Below are positions 1-10,813 of a stretch of 64,000 nt of DNA, in pieces. This stretch comes from an uncultured Alphaproteobacteria bacterium (lineage in GTDB: Bacteria > Pseudomonadota > Alphaproteobacteria > Rhizobiales > Hyphomicrobiaceae): assembly GCA_963724565.1 (NCBI GenBank), contig CAVRVK010000007.1, forward strand, positions 308,160 to 372,159. Reading direction: 5' to 3'. Within the stretch, counting starts at the first letter, position 1; the number at the start of each line of letters is the position of its first letter. A program made the translations under genes and the position numbers. The notes beneath the pieces are model-generated. The model was not told the origin of the DNA and did not search any database. It was given only the letters and a program-made list of their open reading frames with translations.

Positions 1-907
1 CCCTGAGCGGCGGCGTCTGGGCGCGGCGCGTCGACAGCCGCCGCGAGTGGCGCGCCTTCCGCGAGTACTACACGGAGTACCTGCCGCGCGAGATGCCGCT
101 CGCCGCGCGCGCCCTCCGTGTGCGAGGGGCCCATCGCCTACAAGGGCCAGGCGCTGCTGGAGAAGGATCTCGCCACCTTCAAGGCCGCGCTGGCCGGCGC
201 CAATGTCACCGAGGCGTTCGTGCCGGCGATCGCGCCCGCCATGGTCGGCCGCGGCCAGAACCGCCACTACCCGACCGAGGAAGCCTACGTCTTCGCCCTG
301 GCCGAGGCGCTGCGCACCGAATACCGCGCCATCGTCGACGCCGGCTTCATCCTGCAGATCGACGATCCGGGCCTCGGCGAGACCTGGGACATGCTCAACC
401 CCGCGCCGCCGCTCGAGGACTACCGCAAGATGCAGGCGCGCAATATCGACGCGCTCAACCACGCCCTCGATGGCATCCCCGAGGACCGCGTGCGCTATCC
501 ACCTGTGCTGGGGCAGCTGGCAGGGCCCGCACGTCACCGATCTCAGCCTGCGCGACGTCGTCGACCTGGTGCTGCGCGTGAAGGCGCAGGCCTACTCGGT
601 GGAGGCCGCCACGCCGCGCCATTCGCACGAGTGGCGCCTGTGGGAGGACGTGAAGCTGCCCGACGGCAAGGTGCTGATCCCCGGCGTCATCGCCCACACC
701 ACCGCCGTCGTCGAGCACCCCGAGACCATCGCCGAGCGCATCATGAACTACGCCAAGGTCGTCGGCCGCGAGCGGGTGATGGCGGGCGCCGACTGCGGCT
801 TCGCGCAGGGCGCATTGTTCGAGCGCCAGCACCCGACCGTCATGTGGGCAAAGTTCGAGGCGCTGGTCGAGGGCGCGCGCCTCGCCTCCAAGCGCCTGTG
901 GCGGTGA
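1..907 (+). pseudogene. cobalamin-independent methionine synthase II family protein (MetE C-terminal-like); 5' end outside window, frame broken
   Basis: Collinear translation uses three registers: ...REWRAFREYYTEYLPR (nt 2-~100), CEGPIAYKGQ...FILQIDDPGLGETWDM...EDRVRY (ORF 118..), then HLCWGSWQGPHVTDL...ADCGFAQG...KRLWR (ORF 47..907). The switch near nt 499 looks like one extra c (tatCCacc). Confidence 0.7.
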
Positions 908-960
908 GGCATCCGCGCTTGAGGCAGGACAAACGCAAATGGTAGCTGTGCGGAGCTGCA

Positions 961-1875
961 ATGGGTGGGCGTGAGCTGAGCTACGTGCGGCCGGACGATC
1001 CACTCTGGAAGCGCTGGTTCATGGGCGCGATCGAGGACCTTTCCGGCCGCCGGCGGCTGCTGCCGCTCTACCGGCAATGGCGCGACGAGATTGTCGGCAA
1101 GAGCCCCCGCATGTGGAGCCAAGCGCTCGACATGATCGGCACGCGGCTCGACATCGACGCCCCAGCCGATTGGGCCGCCACCCTGCCGCAGGGCGCCGTG
1201 GTCGCCATCGGCAACCATCCCTTCGGCATCGCCGACGGCATCGCCATGCTGGCGCTGATGGAGCACACGGGGCGCCCGTGCCGCCTGCTGATCCACTCCG
1301 ATTTCATGCGCGTGCGCGAGGTCGAGCAGTCGGGGCTGCCGATCGACTTTTCCGAGACCAAGGAGGCGCTCGCCACCAATCTCGAGACCCGCGCCGAGGC
1401 GCGCAGGCTGCTCAAGGAAGGCGTCATCATCGCCATCTTCCCCGCCGGCGCGGTGGCAACGGCGGAAACACCCTTCGCCGCGGCGGAGGACCGGCCCTGG
1501 AAGCAGTTCGTGGCCCGGCTGATCCAGCAGTCGGGTGCCGCTGTGCTGCCCGTCTACTTCGAGGGCCAGAACTCGCCGCTGTTCCATTTCGTCAGCCGCT
1601 ACAGCCAGACCCTGCGGCTGTCGCTGCTCGTGTGCGAGTTCCGCCATCGCATCGGCTCGACGATGAGGGCGACCGTCGGCTCGCCGGTGGCCTGGCCGGC
1701 GATCAGCGAAGCGGGCAAGTCAGGAGAGCTGCTCGACGAGCTCTACCTGCTGGTGCATCGCCTGGCGCCGGGTGCCAGCGACCGCGATCGCGACGCGCTG
1801 CTGCCGCGGCCTGCCCATCTGCGCCGGCAGTTCCCCTGCGATGGGCCGCTCCAACCCGCACGGGCAAAACGCTGA
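961..1875 (+). CDS. lysophospholipid acyltransferase family protein (PlsC-like)
   Basis: Uninterrupted 304-aa ORF with ATG. Acyltransferase block GNHPFGIADG and later FPAG motif. Family-level call only. Confidence 0.65.
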   Translation: MGGRELSYVRPDDPLWKRWFMGAIEDLSGRRRLLPLYRQWRDEIVGKSPRMWSQALDMIGTRLDIDAPADWAATLPQGAVVAIGNHPFGIADGIAMLALMEHTGRPCRLLIHSDFMRVREVEQSGLPIDFSETKEALATNLETRAEARRLLKEGVIIAIFPAGAVATAETPFAAAEDRPWKQFVARLIQQSGAAVLPVYFEGQNSPLFHFVSRYSQTLRLSLLVCEFRHRIGSTMRATVGSPVAWPAISEAGKSGELLDELYLLVHRLAPGASDRDRDALLPRPAHLRRQFPCDGPLQPARAKR

Positions 1876-1885
1876 GCGGCGACGC

Positions 1886-2470
1886 TCAGTGCGCGACCGC
1901 GCCCGTGCTCGACATCGTCAGCGCCATCAGCACGAACAGCACTCCGATCCCGCCGACGCCCAAAGACCCCCACAACAGATAGACGACCCCCGTGATGAGA
2001 TAGGACGACGCCAGCACGATGGCGATCTGGAAGGCGGCCGAGCCGTACTCGTACTTGTGGTACTTGGCCATGGCGACATCGCGCTTCTTCTCCGCGTCGA
2101 TGGCGCGCACCATCAGCTCCTTGCGCCCCTCGCCCTTGCCGTCGGCCTTGGGCTCCGATTCATAGCGGGCCGCGCGCGTCACCCAACCCTCGATCCGCTT
2201 CTTCAGCAGCTCCTGCGTCGCCGACTCCTTCGCCAGCTTCAGGTCCACCTCCATCTGCTCGGCCGCCGTGTCGGTGAGCGTCTTGCGGATGGTCTTGGCC
2301 TGGAAGAACGCCCACAGGTTCGACGCCTCGACGTTGTAGCTCAGCGCATCGGTCTGCGCGCTTTTGCCGAGCGTCTCGGCGATGGCGAGGAACAGCGCCA
2401 GAATAGAAATGATAATGGCGATCTTCTTGTTCTCGCCCTCGACCAACCCGTGGCCGCCGTGACCCGACAT
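1886..2470 (-). CDS. DUF4337 domain-containing membrane protein
   Basis: Intact 194-aa ORF with a charged/coiled N-terminal two thirds and two C-terminal TM helices (FQIAIVLASSYLITGVVYLLW, IGVLFVLMALTM). Sequence pattern recalled as DUF4337. Confidence 0.75.
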   Translation of the reverse strand: MSGHGGHGLVEGENKKIAIIISILALFLAIAETLGKSAQTDALSYNVEASNLWAFFQAKTIRKTLTDTAAEQMEVDLKLAKESATQELLKKRIEGWVTRAARYESEPKADGKGEGRKELMVRAIDAEKKRDVAMAKYHKYEYGSAAFQIAIVLASSYLITGVVYLLWGSLGVGGIGVLFVLMALTMSSTGAVAH

Positions 2471-2624
2471 CCCTCAGTCTCCTCCCTTGACCTCGCGCGC
2501 AGCGCACGCCGGCATCGCGCCGATCCCCCGTCCGTCTACGCACGGAAGCGCCATTAAGCGCAATCCGATGACGGCGCCAAGATAAAAACGCAAATCTGCT
2601 GCCTGGGTATTGCGAGGGACCAGC

Positions 2625-3305
2625 CTAGACGACCGTCACCTCCAGGTCGCCGACGCCCTCGACATGGCCTTTCAGCCTGTCGCCCTTCTGGATGGCGCCC
2701 ACTCCCGCAGGGGTGCCGGTGAAGATCAGGTCGCCGGCCTTCAGCTCGAACAGCGTGGACAGGAACGCGATCTGGTTGGGGATGTCCCAGATCATCTGGG
2801 AGAGGTCGCCCGTCTGCTCGCGCGCTCCGTTGACCTCGAGCCAGATCGCCCCCTTGCTCGGGCTCTCGACATGCTGCGCCGGCACCAGCGCGGTACACGG
2901 CGCCGAACACTCGAAGGCCTTGGCGACTTCCCAGGGCCGCGCCAGCTTCTTGGCCGCGTCCTGCAGGTCGCGCCGGGTCATGTCGATGCCGACCGCATAG
3001 CCGAACACGTGGCGCATGGCATCGGCCGCGTCGATGTTTGTGCCGCCGGACTTCAGCCCCACCACCAGCTCGATCTCGAAGTGAACGTTCTTGGTCGCCG
3101 GCGGATAGGGAAACTTGCCGTCCACCACGACGTTGTCGGGGTTCTTTTGAAAGAAGAACGGCGGGTCCTTGGTGTCGCCGCCCATCTCCTTGGTGTGCTC
3201 TGCGTAGTTGCGGCCGACGCAATAGATGCGGTGGATGGGAAACAGCTTGTCGGAACCCTTGATCGGCAAAGTCGGCTGGGCAATTGGCGTGAACGCGTAG
3301 GTCAT
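2625..3305 (-). CDS. fumarylacetoacetate hydrolase (FAH) family protein
   Basis: Intact 226-aa ORF. FAH-fold signatures IYCVGRNYAEH, FFFQK, FEIELVVGL, DLIFTGTPAGVG. Confidence 0.85.
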   Translation of the reverse strand: MTYAFTPIAQPTLPIKGSDKLFPIHRIYCVGRNYAEHTKEMGGDTKDPPFFFQKNPDNVVVDGKFPYPPATKNVHFEIELVVGLKSGGTNIDAADAMRHVFGYAVGIDMTRRDLQDAAKKLARPWEVAKAFECSAPCTALVPAQHVESPSKGAIWLEVNGAREQTGDLSQMIWDIPNQIAFLSTLFELKAGDLIFTGTPAGVGAIQKGDRLKGHVEGVGDLEVTVV

Positions 3306-3430
3306 GGGCAGCGCCTCTTTCGGGTGGAGCTAACCCCTTTCTAGCAGAGAACCCTGCCGGCAGTCGCGCACATGTGAAGCCGGAAAATGATCGGCCGGCG
3401 CGTTGCACTGCCGGGAAACGGATGTGTCCC

Positions 3431-4039
3431 ATGATCACGCCCTATCGCATCGGCCACATTGTTCTGGCTGCAAGCCTTGCGCTTCTCGCCTTACCGCACG
3501 CGGCCAACGCCCGCGGTGGCCACGGTGGCCTGGGTAGCACGGGTGGCCGGACGGGAGCTGCGATGGCTCATCTGCCGGCGCCGCTGGCAATCCAGGCTCC
3601 GGGTGCAACTGCCCCCAAGCAAGCCGTTTCGCCGCAGGCGAGCTCGTCACCGACAACCGCGGCAGCAGCCAACGCCTCGCTCGCGGCTGCGGCCGCCGCT
3701 GCGCCGGCGTCTCCCCCGGCAGTGCCGATCAATACCCTGCCGCCTTCGGCCATTAGCACCCCGTTGCCGGAGATGGCGCCCCTAGCCCCGCTGTCGCCCG
3801 TGCCGGATTCAGCGGTCCTGTCCGGCGGTGGCCCGGTGATGCCGGCCAATACCAACCAATCGTCAGCAACGCCGACCAGCACCAGCCCCTTCGAGTCGGC
3901 GCCCAGCACGCCGGGTGGCGGCGCCGATACAATCGAGGCCTGCATGGGGTTCTGGGATGCACAGACGCACATGAGCAAGCGCGAGTGGCACACGGCCTGC
4001 CAGCGTATTCAGAACCGTTTCGCCGGGCTGAAGGGTTGA
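3431..4039 (+). CDS. secreted Ala/Pro/Ser-rich hypothetical protein with C-terminal C-x18-C module
   Basis: ORF 3374..4039; likely start ATG 3431 (MITPYRIGHIVLAASLALLALPHAANA, signal-like). Long low-complexity A/P/S centre. Conserved-looking tail CMGFWDAQTHMSKREWHTACQRIQNRF. Confidence 0.5.
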   Translation: MITPYRIGHIVLAASLALLALPHAANARGGHGGLGSTGGRTGAAMAHLPAPLAIQAPGATAPKQAVSPQASSSPTTAAAANASLAAAAAAAPASPPAVPINTLPPSAISTPLPEMAPLAPLSPVPDSAVLSGGGPVMPANTNQSSATPTSTSPFESAPSTPGGGADTIEACMGFWDAQTHMSKREWHTACQRIQNRFAGLKG

Positions 4040-4088
4040 GGCGTGCCAGGTTTTCCTGTCAATGCGGGCGCCGTGACCGGACCATTCC

Positions 4089-6210
4089 TCACCCGCGCGG
4101 CGCGGCGGCAGGCTCACGCGCACGCAAGCCCGCGAGCTGGGTGCCAATGACGGCGCCGCCGATGAGGAAGCCCAGAATGTCGGTCTCGATGCTGGGCGCC
4201 ACCAGGAGAATGCCCGCCGCGAGCAGCAAAGCACGCTGCCAGTGCGTCGCCGGCGCCAGGAGATAGCCGAACAGCCCGCCCGCAAACAGAATAATGCCGG
4301 CAACCGAGATGACGAAGCGCCACACGATGGTGGTCCAGTCGCCGATCATCAGCAGCGCCGGCTCGTAGACGAACATGAATGGCACAATGAAGCCCGCCGC
4401 GCCGACCTTCACCGCTGCCAATCCCGTCTTCCAGAGATCGGATTTTGCCAGCCCAGACGCGGCATAGACCGCCAGCGCCACGGGCGGCGTGATGGCCGAG
4501 AGGATGGCGAAGTAGAAGGCGAACATGTGCGCTGCCGGCGTGATGACGCCGAGCTTGATCAGCGCCGGCACCAGCAGCGACACCATGATGATGTAGGCCG
4601 GCGTCGTCGGCATGCCCATGCCGAGTACGATGCCGGCCGCCATGGTCAGCAGCAGGGCCAGCAGCATCGCGTTCTGCGACAGCCCCACCACCCATTGCGT
4701 GAAGGTGATGCCGAGGCCGGTGAGGATGACGATGCCGATGATGATGCCGGCGGCGGCGCAGGCGAGCGCTACGGGCAGCGTGTTGCGCGCGCCGTCGATC
4801 ATGGCGTCGACGATCGGCCTGATCTCGATCTTGAGCAGGATGATCTTGCCGCGCACCGCCCACAACCACAGCGATATCAGGCCCGTGAAGATCGCCGCCT
4901 CAAGTAGCGGGTGGATGCCGAACACGGCCGGAATGAGCGTCGGAAACCAGGGCAGTAGCAGCGGCAGCACGGTCAGCACCGGCAGCACGAACAGCACAAC
5001 CGGCCCGAACCAGGCAACCGGGAAGCACAGCAGCGTGCCGGTCAGCGCGGCTAGCGGCGCGCTGTAGCCCGAGTACATGACGAACAGGATCGACGTCACG
5101 GGAATGAACAGGTGCCCGCGCGAGCTCAGCGTCCGGCCAAGCGCCGGCAGCTCGGAGCGCGGCACGCCGAGCAGGCCCTGGCGCTTGGCCTCGAAGTGCA
5201 CCGCCGCGAAGCAGGCGACGTAGTAGAGCACCGCCGGGATCGCCGCCCAGATCACGACCTGCGCGTAGCTCACCCCCTGGAACTCGGCCATGACGAAGGC
5301 CGCCGCGCCCATGATCGGCGGCATGATCTGGCCGCCGGTGGAGGCCGTCGCCTCGACGGCGGCGGCGAAGTGCGGCTTGAAGCCGGTGCGCTTCATCAGC
5401 GGGATGGAGATCGGCCCGTCCACCATCACGTTGGCGACCGCCGAGCCCGAGATGGTGCCGAACAGCGAGGACGACACCACCGACACCTTGCCCGGGCCCG
5501 CCGGCGGTATGGCCGGTGATGCCCATGGCGAAGTCCATGAACAGCTGGCCCGTGCCGGTGCGCTCCATGAAGGCGCCGAACAGCACGAAGATCATCACGT
5601 AGGAGGCCGACACCGCCAGCGGCTGGCCGAAGATGCCCTCGGTCGAGAGGTAGAGCTGGTCGATGAAGCGGATCGGCTCGATGCGCGTGAAGAAATAGGC
5701 GTAGAGCATGAAGGCGATGCAGGTGAGCGGCAGCGCCGGTCCCAGCACGCGCCGCGTGCCCTCCAGCACCAGCAGGATCAGCGTGATGCTGCAGATGATG
5801 TCCGACCACGCCATGTCATCGACGTAGATGATGCGGTCGATGATGTAGTCGTAGTAGACGAAGATGTAGCCGACCGAGACGACGCTCGCCGCCACCAGCG
5901 CGAAGTCGAGCAGCGACGGCGACTTTGTCTTCTCCTCGAGCTCGGCGCGCGCCTCCGGCAGCAGCATCGCCAGCTCGTCGTCGGTGGGCGACTTGAGGCG
6001 GAAATAGAGAAACGTCAGAACCAGCGCGAACAGCAGGTGGATGCCGCGGAAGATGTAGTCGGTGGGCGGCCCGCGAAACACCTCGCGCAGCGAGGGCGAG
6101 ATGAAGTCCATCGGCGGGATGATGACATAGAGGTGGTAGGCGGCCATCGCCAGCGCGATGACGGCTGCGAGCTTGCGCAGCACGTCCAGCCGGACCGCCC
6201 TCGATGTCAT
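4089..6210 (-). pseudogene. TRAP transporter fused permease (TAXI-type 4TM/12TM fusion), one frame switch
   Basis: ORF 4900..6210 (N-terminal part) and ORF 4089..5486 (C-terminal part) join collinearly: ...GITGHTAGGPG | KVSVVSSSLFGTISGSAVANV...GMGMPTTPAYIIM... The switch is near nt 5500 in a g/c run. Lies immediately downstream of the TAXI receptor gene. Confidence 0.85.
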
Positions 6211-6282
6211 GTGATGCGTTTCCTGCCCGACGGCCGATGCGCTTGGGGCGGCTCCCAGCCGCCCCTGCGCCTATTGTCGTGG

Positions 6283-7239
6283 TTAGTTCACCGTAATCCC
6301 CTGCTCCTTGTACCACTTGGCGGCGCCGGGATGGAACGGCACGCCGATCTCCTGCGCCATCACCTGCGGCGTCAGCTTGCCCAGCTCCTTGTAGACAGAC
6401 GACATGCTCTCTTTGGCGGCCAGAGTCGCCGCCGTCATCTTGTAGACGGTGTCCTCTGGCAGCGAGCAGGCGGCGACGACGTGGGTGTAGTAGCCGATCA
6501 CCTGCACGTCCTTGTCCTGCTTGGGATAGGTGCCCTTCGGGATCGTCACCAGCTTGTAGGCCGGATTGATCTTGCGCATTTCCTCATAGATGCCGGCCAT
6601 GTCGATCAGTCTAATGTCGCGCGCGGACGCCAGGTCCATCAGCGAGCTCGCAGGAATGCCGGTGCCGAGCGCAAAGGCATGTGCATGCGGTTGTCCTTCA
6701 TCTGCTCGACACTGTCGGTGTAGCTGTTGGTGAAGCTCGCCTTGACGTCGTTGTAGGTCATGCCCGACACGCGCAGCACATGGCGCGCGATCAGCTCGCC
6801 GGTGTTGCCCTTCACCTGAGTGGCGAAGCCCTTGCCCTTGAGGTCCTTCAGCGAGTTGATGCCGGCAGTCGGCGTTCACCACCACCTGGAAATACTGCGG
6901 ATAGAGGGTGGCGACGTTGCACACCTTGGCGTGCTTCTTATCGAGCGGCGCTTCGCCGGTGCCGGCAACCGCATCGGCGGTGGTGATGGTGTTGCCGAAG
7001 CCGATCTCGGCCTTGCCTTCCTCGATGGCGCGCACGTTGGCGATGCCGGCGCCAGGCAGCGACTGCACCTTGAAGTCCGGGATCGACTTCTCCCAGACGT
7101 CCTTGAGCTGCCCGCCCAGCGGCACCCAGAAGCCGGCCTGCGGCCCCGTCATCAGCCGCACCTCGGCGGCACTGGCCACCACGGCCAGCCCCAGCATTGC
7201 CGCCGATGCCGCAACCGCGGCCAGCATGGCTTTTCGCAT
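6283..7239 (-). pseudogene. TAXI family TRAP transporter solute receptor, two compensating frame switches
   Basis: ORF 6283..7305; start ATG 7239 preceded by GGGAGGA; signal MRKAMLAAVAASAAMLGLAVVASA. Both ends are TAXI-like. The stretch from ~6685 to ~6872 only makes sense in the adjacent register (AGINSLKDLKGKGFATQVKGNTGELIARHVLRVSGMTYNDVKASFTNSYTDSVEQMKDNRMH). Confidence 0.85.
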
Positions 7240-7432
7240 GTAAATCCTCCCATGAAGCTCGTATGAGACTTTAGTCTTAGATCCGCAGACCAAGGGTAAA
7301 GTCATCGAAGCGAAATTGCTAGCGCCCGTGCGCTCAGCTCACCGGTCTCCGCCGGCTCGCGAGGCCGCGGACAAGGGAAAAGCGGAAGGCGCGCAGGCCC
7401 GCGATGCAGCGCATCGCTCGAGCGCGGTCGTC

Positions 7433-7753
7433 CTATTCGACGCGGACTCTGAGATCGGTGACGAGCTTGCCGCATCTCGCGCGAGCCCGCGCGAAATGGG
7501 TGTTGCGCCGCGGCTCGGCGCCGACGCGTTCGCGGTGCTGTTTTGCGATGCTAGCCGGCCGGAAGGCATCGGCAAGTTCGCCGAGCGGCTTATCACCGAC
7601 GTGGCTGGCATCGTCCTGCGCCATGGCGATGCCGGCGCTGGCGCCGATCAGGACCTGCAGACCGTTGATGTCGTAGGGCTCGCTGATGGCGCCAGACCCC
7701 GCGCAAAGATCCGCCTCATGGGTGGGAAGGCCCCTGATAGCCTCGGCCCCAGC
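7433..7753 (-). pseudogene. remnant of a GGDEF(-EAL) signalling protein (C-terminal third of GGDEF domain plus linker)
   Basis: Minus-strand reading ...ISEPYDINGLQVLIGASAGIAMAQDD...LGELADAF...AKQHRERV...ARARARCGKLVTDLRVRVE* is collinear with SEPYEIEGQQVDIGTSIGIAIGPGDG...LMRNADLALYRAKSEGRGAF...RNMERDLRAAL of the intact protein at 30495..33107. No GGDEF motif and no EAL domain; flanked by stops. Confidence 0.35.
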
Positions 7754-7895
7754 CTAAAGGTCCGGGGCCTCGGCTTCCGGGAACGCAGACGCAAAGGCTT
7801 TGCAACAGCATGCGCTCCTGACAAACAAGCCAGGAGGCGAACGGGCTCGCGACGTGCTCAAGCCCTTCTGTGGTGCCCTCTATCCAGCACGCCGG

Positions 7896-8955
7896 CTAGC
7901 GCAGGCGCACGTTGATCGCTTCCAGCGCCTTCGACCCGGGGCACAGCTCGGCCATCGGCAACGCGTTGAGCGGCCGCGCGTCGGTGGCCAGGATGTCGTG
8001 CATGTCCTGCTGGCTCTCGTCGATGTAGAGCAGGCCGGTCGCCACCGAGCCCTTGGCGGCGTTGGTGCGGATGGTCATCAGCGCGGCGTCCGCATCGCGC
8101 GGGTCGTGCTGGGCGTCGAGCTTGCTCAGGATCAGGCGCGAGCCGTCGTGCATCTCGATGTCGGCCGTGGTCCCCTCGGCGAAGTCGACCGTGATCTCCT
8201 CCTTGGGCTCGACGTAGTCGAGCGTGGTTCTCGGACGCCATGTTGTGGGCGCGCACGTAGTCGTAGCTCTTGGTCGACGTCGGGTGGTTGTTGAAGGTGA
8301 CGCACGGGCTGATGACGTCGAGGAAGGCGAAGCCGTTGTAGCTGATGGCGGCCTTGATCAGCGGGATCAGCTGGCGCTTGTCGCCGGAGAACGAGCGGGC
8401 GACGAAGCCGGCGCCGAGCTGGATCGCCATCTGGCACAGGTCGATGGCATCGAACGGGTTGGCCTCGCCCTTCTTGGACGGCGAGGTCTTGTCGTTGGTG
8501 GCGGAGAACTGGCCCTTGGTGAGGCCGTAGCAGCCGTTGTTCATGACGATGTAGGTCATGTTCACGCGCCGGCGCACGGCGTGGCAGAACTGGCCGAGCC
8601 CGATGGAGGCGGTGTCGCCGTCGCCGGAGACGCCGATGTAGACGAGGTCGCGGTTGGCCATCGCCGCGCCGGTGGTGATCGACGGCATGCGCCCGTGCAC
8701 GCTGTTGAAGCCGTGGCTGCGCGAGAGGAAGTAGGTCGGCGCCTTGGACGAGCAGCCGATGCCCGACACCTTGGCGATGCGGTGCGCCGGCAGGTCCATC
8801 TCGAAGCAGGCTTCGATCAGCGCCGCCGTGATCGAGTCGTGCCCGCAGCCGGCGCACAGGGTCGACATGGTGCCTTCGTAGTCGCGCCGCGTGAGCCCCA
8901 GCGCGTTCTTCGGCAGCGCCGGGTGGTGGGCGGAGGGCTTGGGGATGTAGCTCAT
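7896..8955 (-). pseudogene. korB: 2-oxoglutarate:ferredoxin oxidoreductase beta subunit, one frame switch
   Basis: ORF 7858..9012 (start ATG 8955, MSYIPKPS) plus ORF 7896..8153. TPP-subunit motifs CAGCGH, GIGCSS, GDGDTASIG, NNGCYGLTKGQ. The switch near nt 8228 looks like one extra base in a 2-nt run. Confidence 0.85.
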
Positions 8956-8965
8956 GATGCTGATC

Positions 8966-10795
8966 CTACTCGGCGGCCACCTGGGCGGGGCGCAGTTCCT
9001 TGAGCACGGCACCGCGCACGAAGGCGGCCGTCATCGGCATGCCGTCGTAGTTGAGCGCCGGGATCAGCTTGGTGCCGGGCACGTTGGCCTCGGTCATCAG
9101 CAGCGAGCGCATCTGCGCATCGCGGTTCTGCTCGACGACGAAGATGCGCTCGTGCATGGCGCAGAACGCCACCACCTCGCGCGTGAACGGGAAGGCCTTG
9201 AGCCGCAGCGCGTTGATCTTGATGCCCTCGCGCTCCAGCCCGTCGAGCGCCTCGTTGACCGCCGGCGTGTTGGCGCCGAAGTAGATGAGCCCGGTCTTGC
9301 CGGCCTTGTCGCGGATCGCTGATCTCGGGCTTCGGCACCAAGCGTCGCCGCCGTATCGAACTTGCGGCGGATGCGGTCGATGACGCGAGCGTGGATGCGG
9401 CCGTCCTCGGTGTAGCGGGCATTCTCGTCGTGCGAGGTGCCGCGCGTGAAGAAGGCGCCCTTGGTCGGATGCGTGCCGGGCAGCGTGCGGTAGGGGATGG
9501 CGTCGCCGTCGACGTCCTGATAGCGGCCCCAGTCCTTGCCCTTGATCTCCGGAACTTGTCGAGCGTCTCCGCGTCCAGCACCTTGCCGCGGTCGTGCACC
9601 TTGGCATCGTCCCAGGCGAACGGGTCGCGTCACCCATTCGTTCATGCCGATGTCGAGATCGGACATGACGATGACGGGCGTCTGCAGCCGCTCGGCGAGA
9701 TCGAAGGCCTCCGCGCCGAGCGAGAAGCACTCGGTGGGGTCCTTGGGGAACAGCAGCACGTGCTTGGTGTCGCCGTGCGAGGCGTAGGCGCAGGAGACGA
9801 TGTCGGACTGCTGGGTGCGCGTCGGCATGCCGGTGGAGGGGCCGCCGCGCTGGATGTTGAACAGCACCACCGGCACCTCGGCGAAGTAGGCCAGCCCCAG
9901 GAACTCGCTCATCAGCGAGATGCCGGGGCCTGAGGTGGCGGTGAACGACGCGCGCGCCGTTCCAGCCGCCGCCGATGGCGACGCCGATGGCGGCCAGCTC
10001 GTCCTCCGCCTGCACGATGCCGTAGAGGCGCCGGCCGTCCTTGGTCGACGCGCAGGCGCTTGGCGTACTGCTCGTAGGCCTCGGCCAGCGAGGTCGACGG
10101 CGTGATCGGATACCAGGCGCACACCGTGGCGCCGGCGTAGATGGCGCCGAGGCCTGCCGCATCGTTGCCCGACACCAGGATCTTGCCCTTGGCGCCCTGC
10201 GCGTGCCGCACGCGGATCGGCAGCGGGCATTCGAAGTCTGCGGCCGGCATACTCGCGGCCCAGCGCCACCGCCTCCATGTTGGCAGCGACGAGCTTCTCC
10301 TTGCCCTTGAGCTGGTCGGCCACCGTCGTCTTGCAGGACCTCCAGGTCGATGTCGAGCAGCGCGGTCAGCGCGCCGACGTACACCATGTTCTTGAACAGC
10401 TGGCGCTGGCGCGGGTCGCTCCACTTCTTGGCGCACATCTCGGCGATGGGAATGCCCAGCACCTTGATGTCGTCGCGCGGCCAAACGCGCGGCAGCGTGG
10501 AATCGTAGAGCAGCCAGCCGCCGGGGACGATCTCGGCCAGGTCCTCCTTGTAGGACTGCGGGTTCATGGCGACCATCAGGTCGATGCCGTCGCGCCGCGC
10601 CAGGTAGCCCGCCTCCGACACCCTGCACCTCGTACCAGGTCGGCAGGCCCTGGATGTTGGAGGGGAAGATGTTCTTCGGGCTGACCGGGAATGCCCATGC
10701 GGAACAGCGTCTTGGCGAAGATGCCGTTGGCGCGACGCCGAGCCCGAGCCGTTCACGGTGGCGAACTTCACCACGAAGTCGTTGATGCCGCTCAT
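8966..10795 (-). pseudogene. korA: 2-oxoglutarate:ferredoxin oxidoreductase alpha subunit, about 11 frame switches
   Basis: A collinear KorA sequence is read only by hopping among all three minus frames: MSGINDFVVKFATVNGSGSAS / IPVSPKNIFPSNIQGLPTWYEV / RVSEAGYLARRDGIDLMVAMNP... / DFECPLPIRV...GNDAAGLGAIYAGATVCAWYPITPSTSLAE / GPGISLMSEFLGLAYFAEVPVVLFNIQRGGPSTGMPTRTQQSD / IRDKAGKTGLIYFGANTPAVNEALDGL... Confidence 0.85.
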
Positions 10796-10813
10796 CGCAA
10801 GAAAAGCCTCTCG

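Noticed and set aside
7316-7915. Plus-strand 199-aa ORF with an RLGADAFAVL string reminiscent of GGDEF.
   Set aside because: It is an isolated resemblance only. The minus strand gives the longer collinear match to a GGDEF C-terminal region, and the plus ORF is otherwise Ala/Arg junk.
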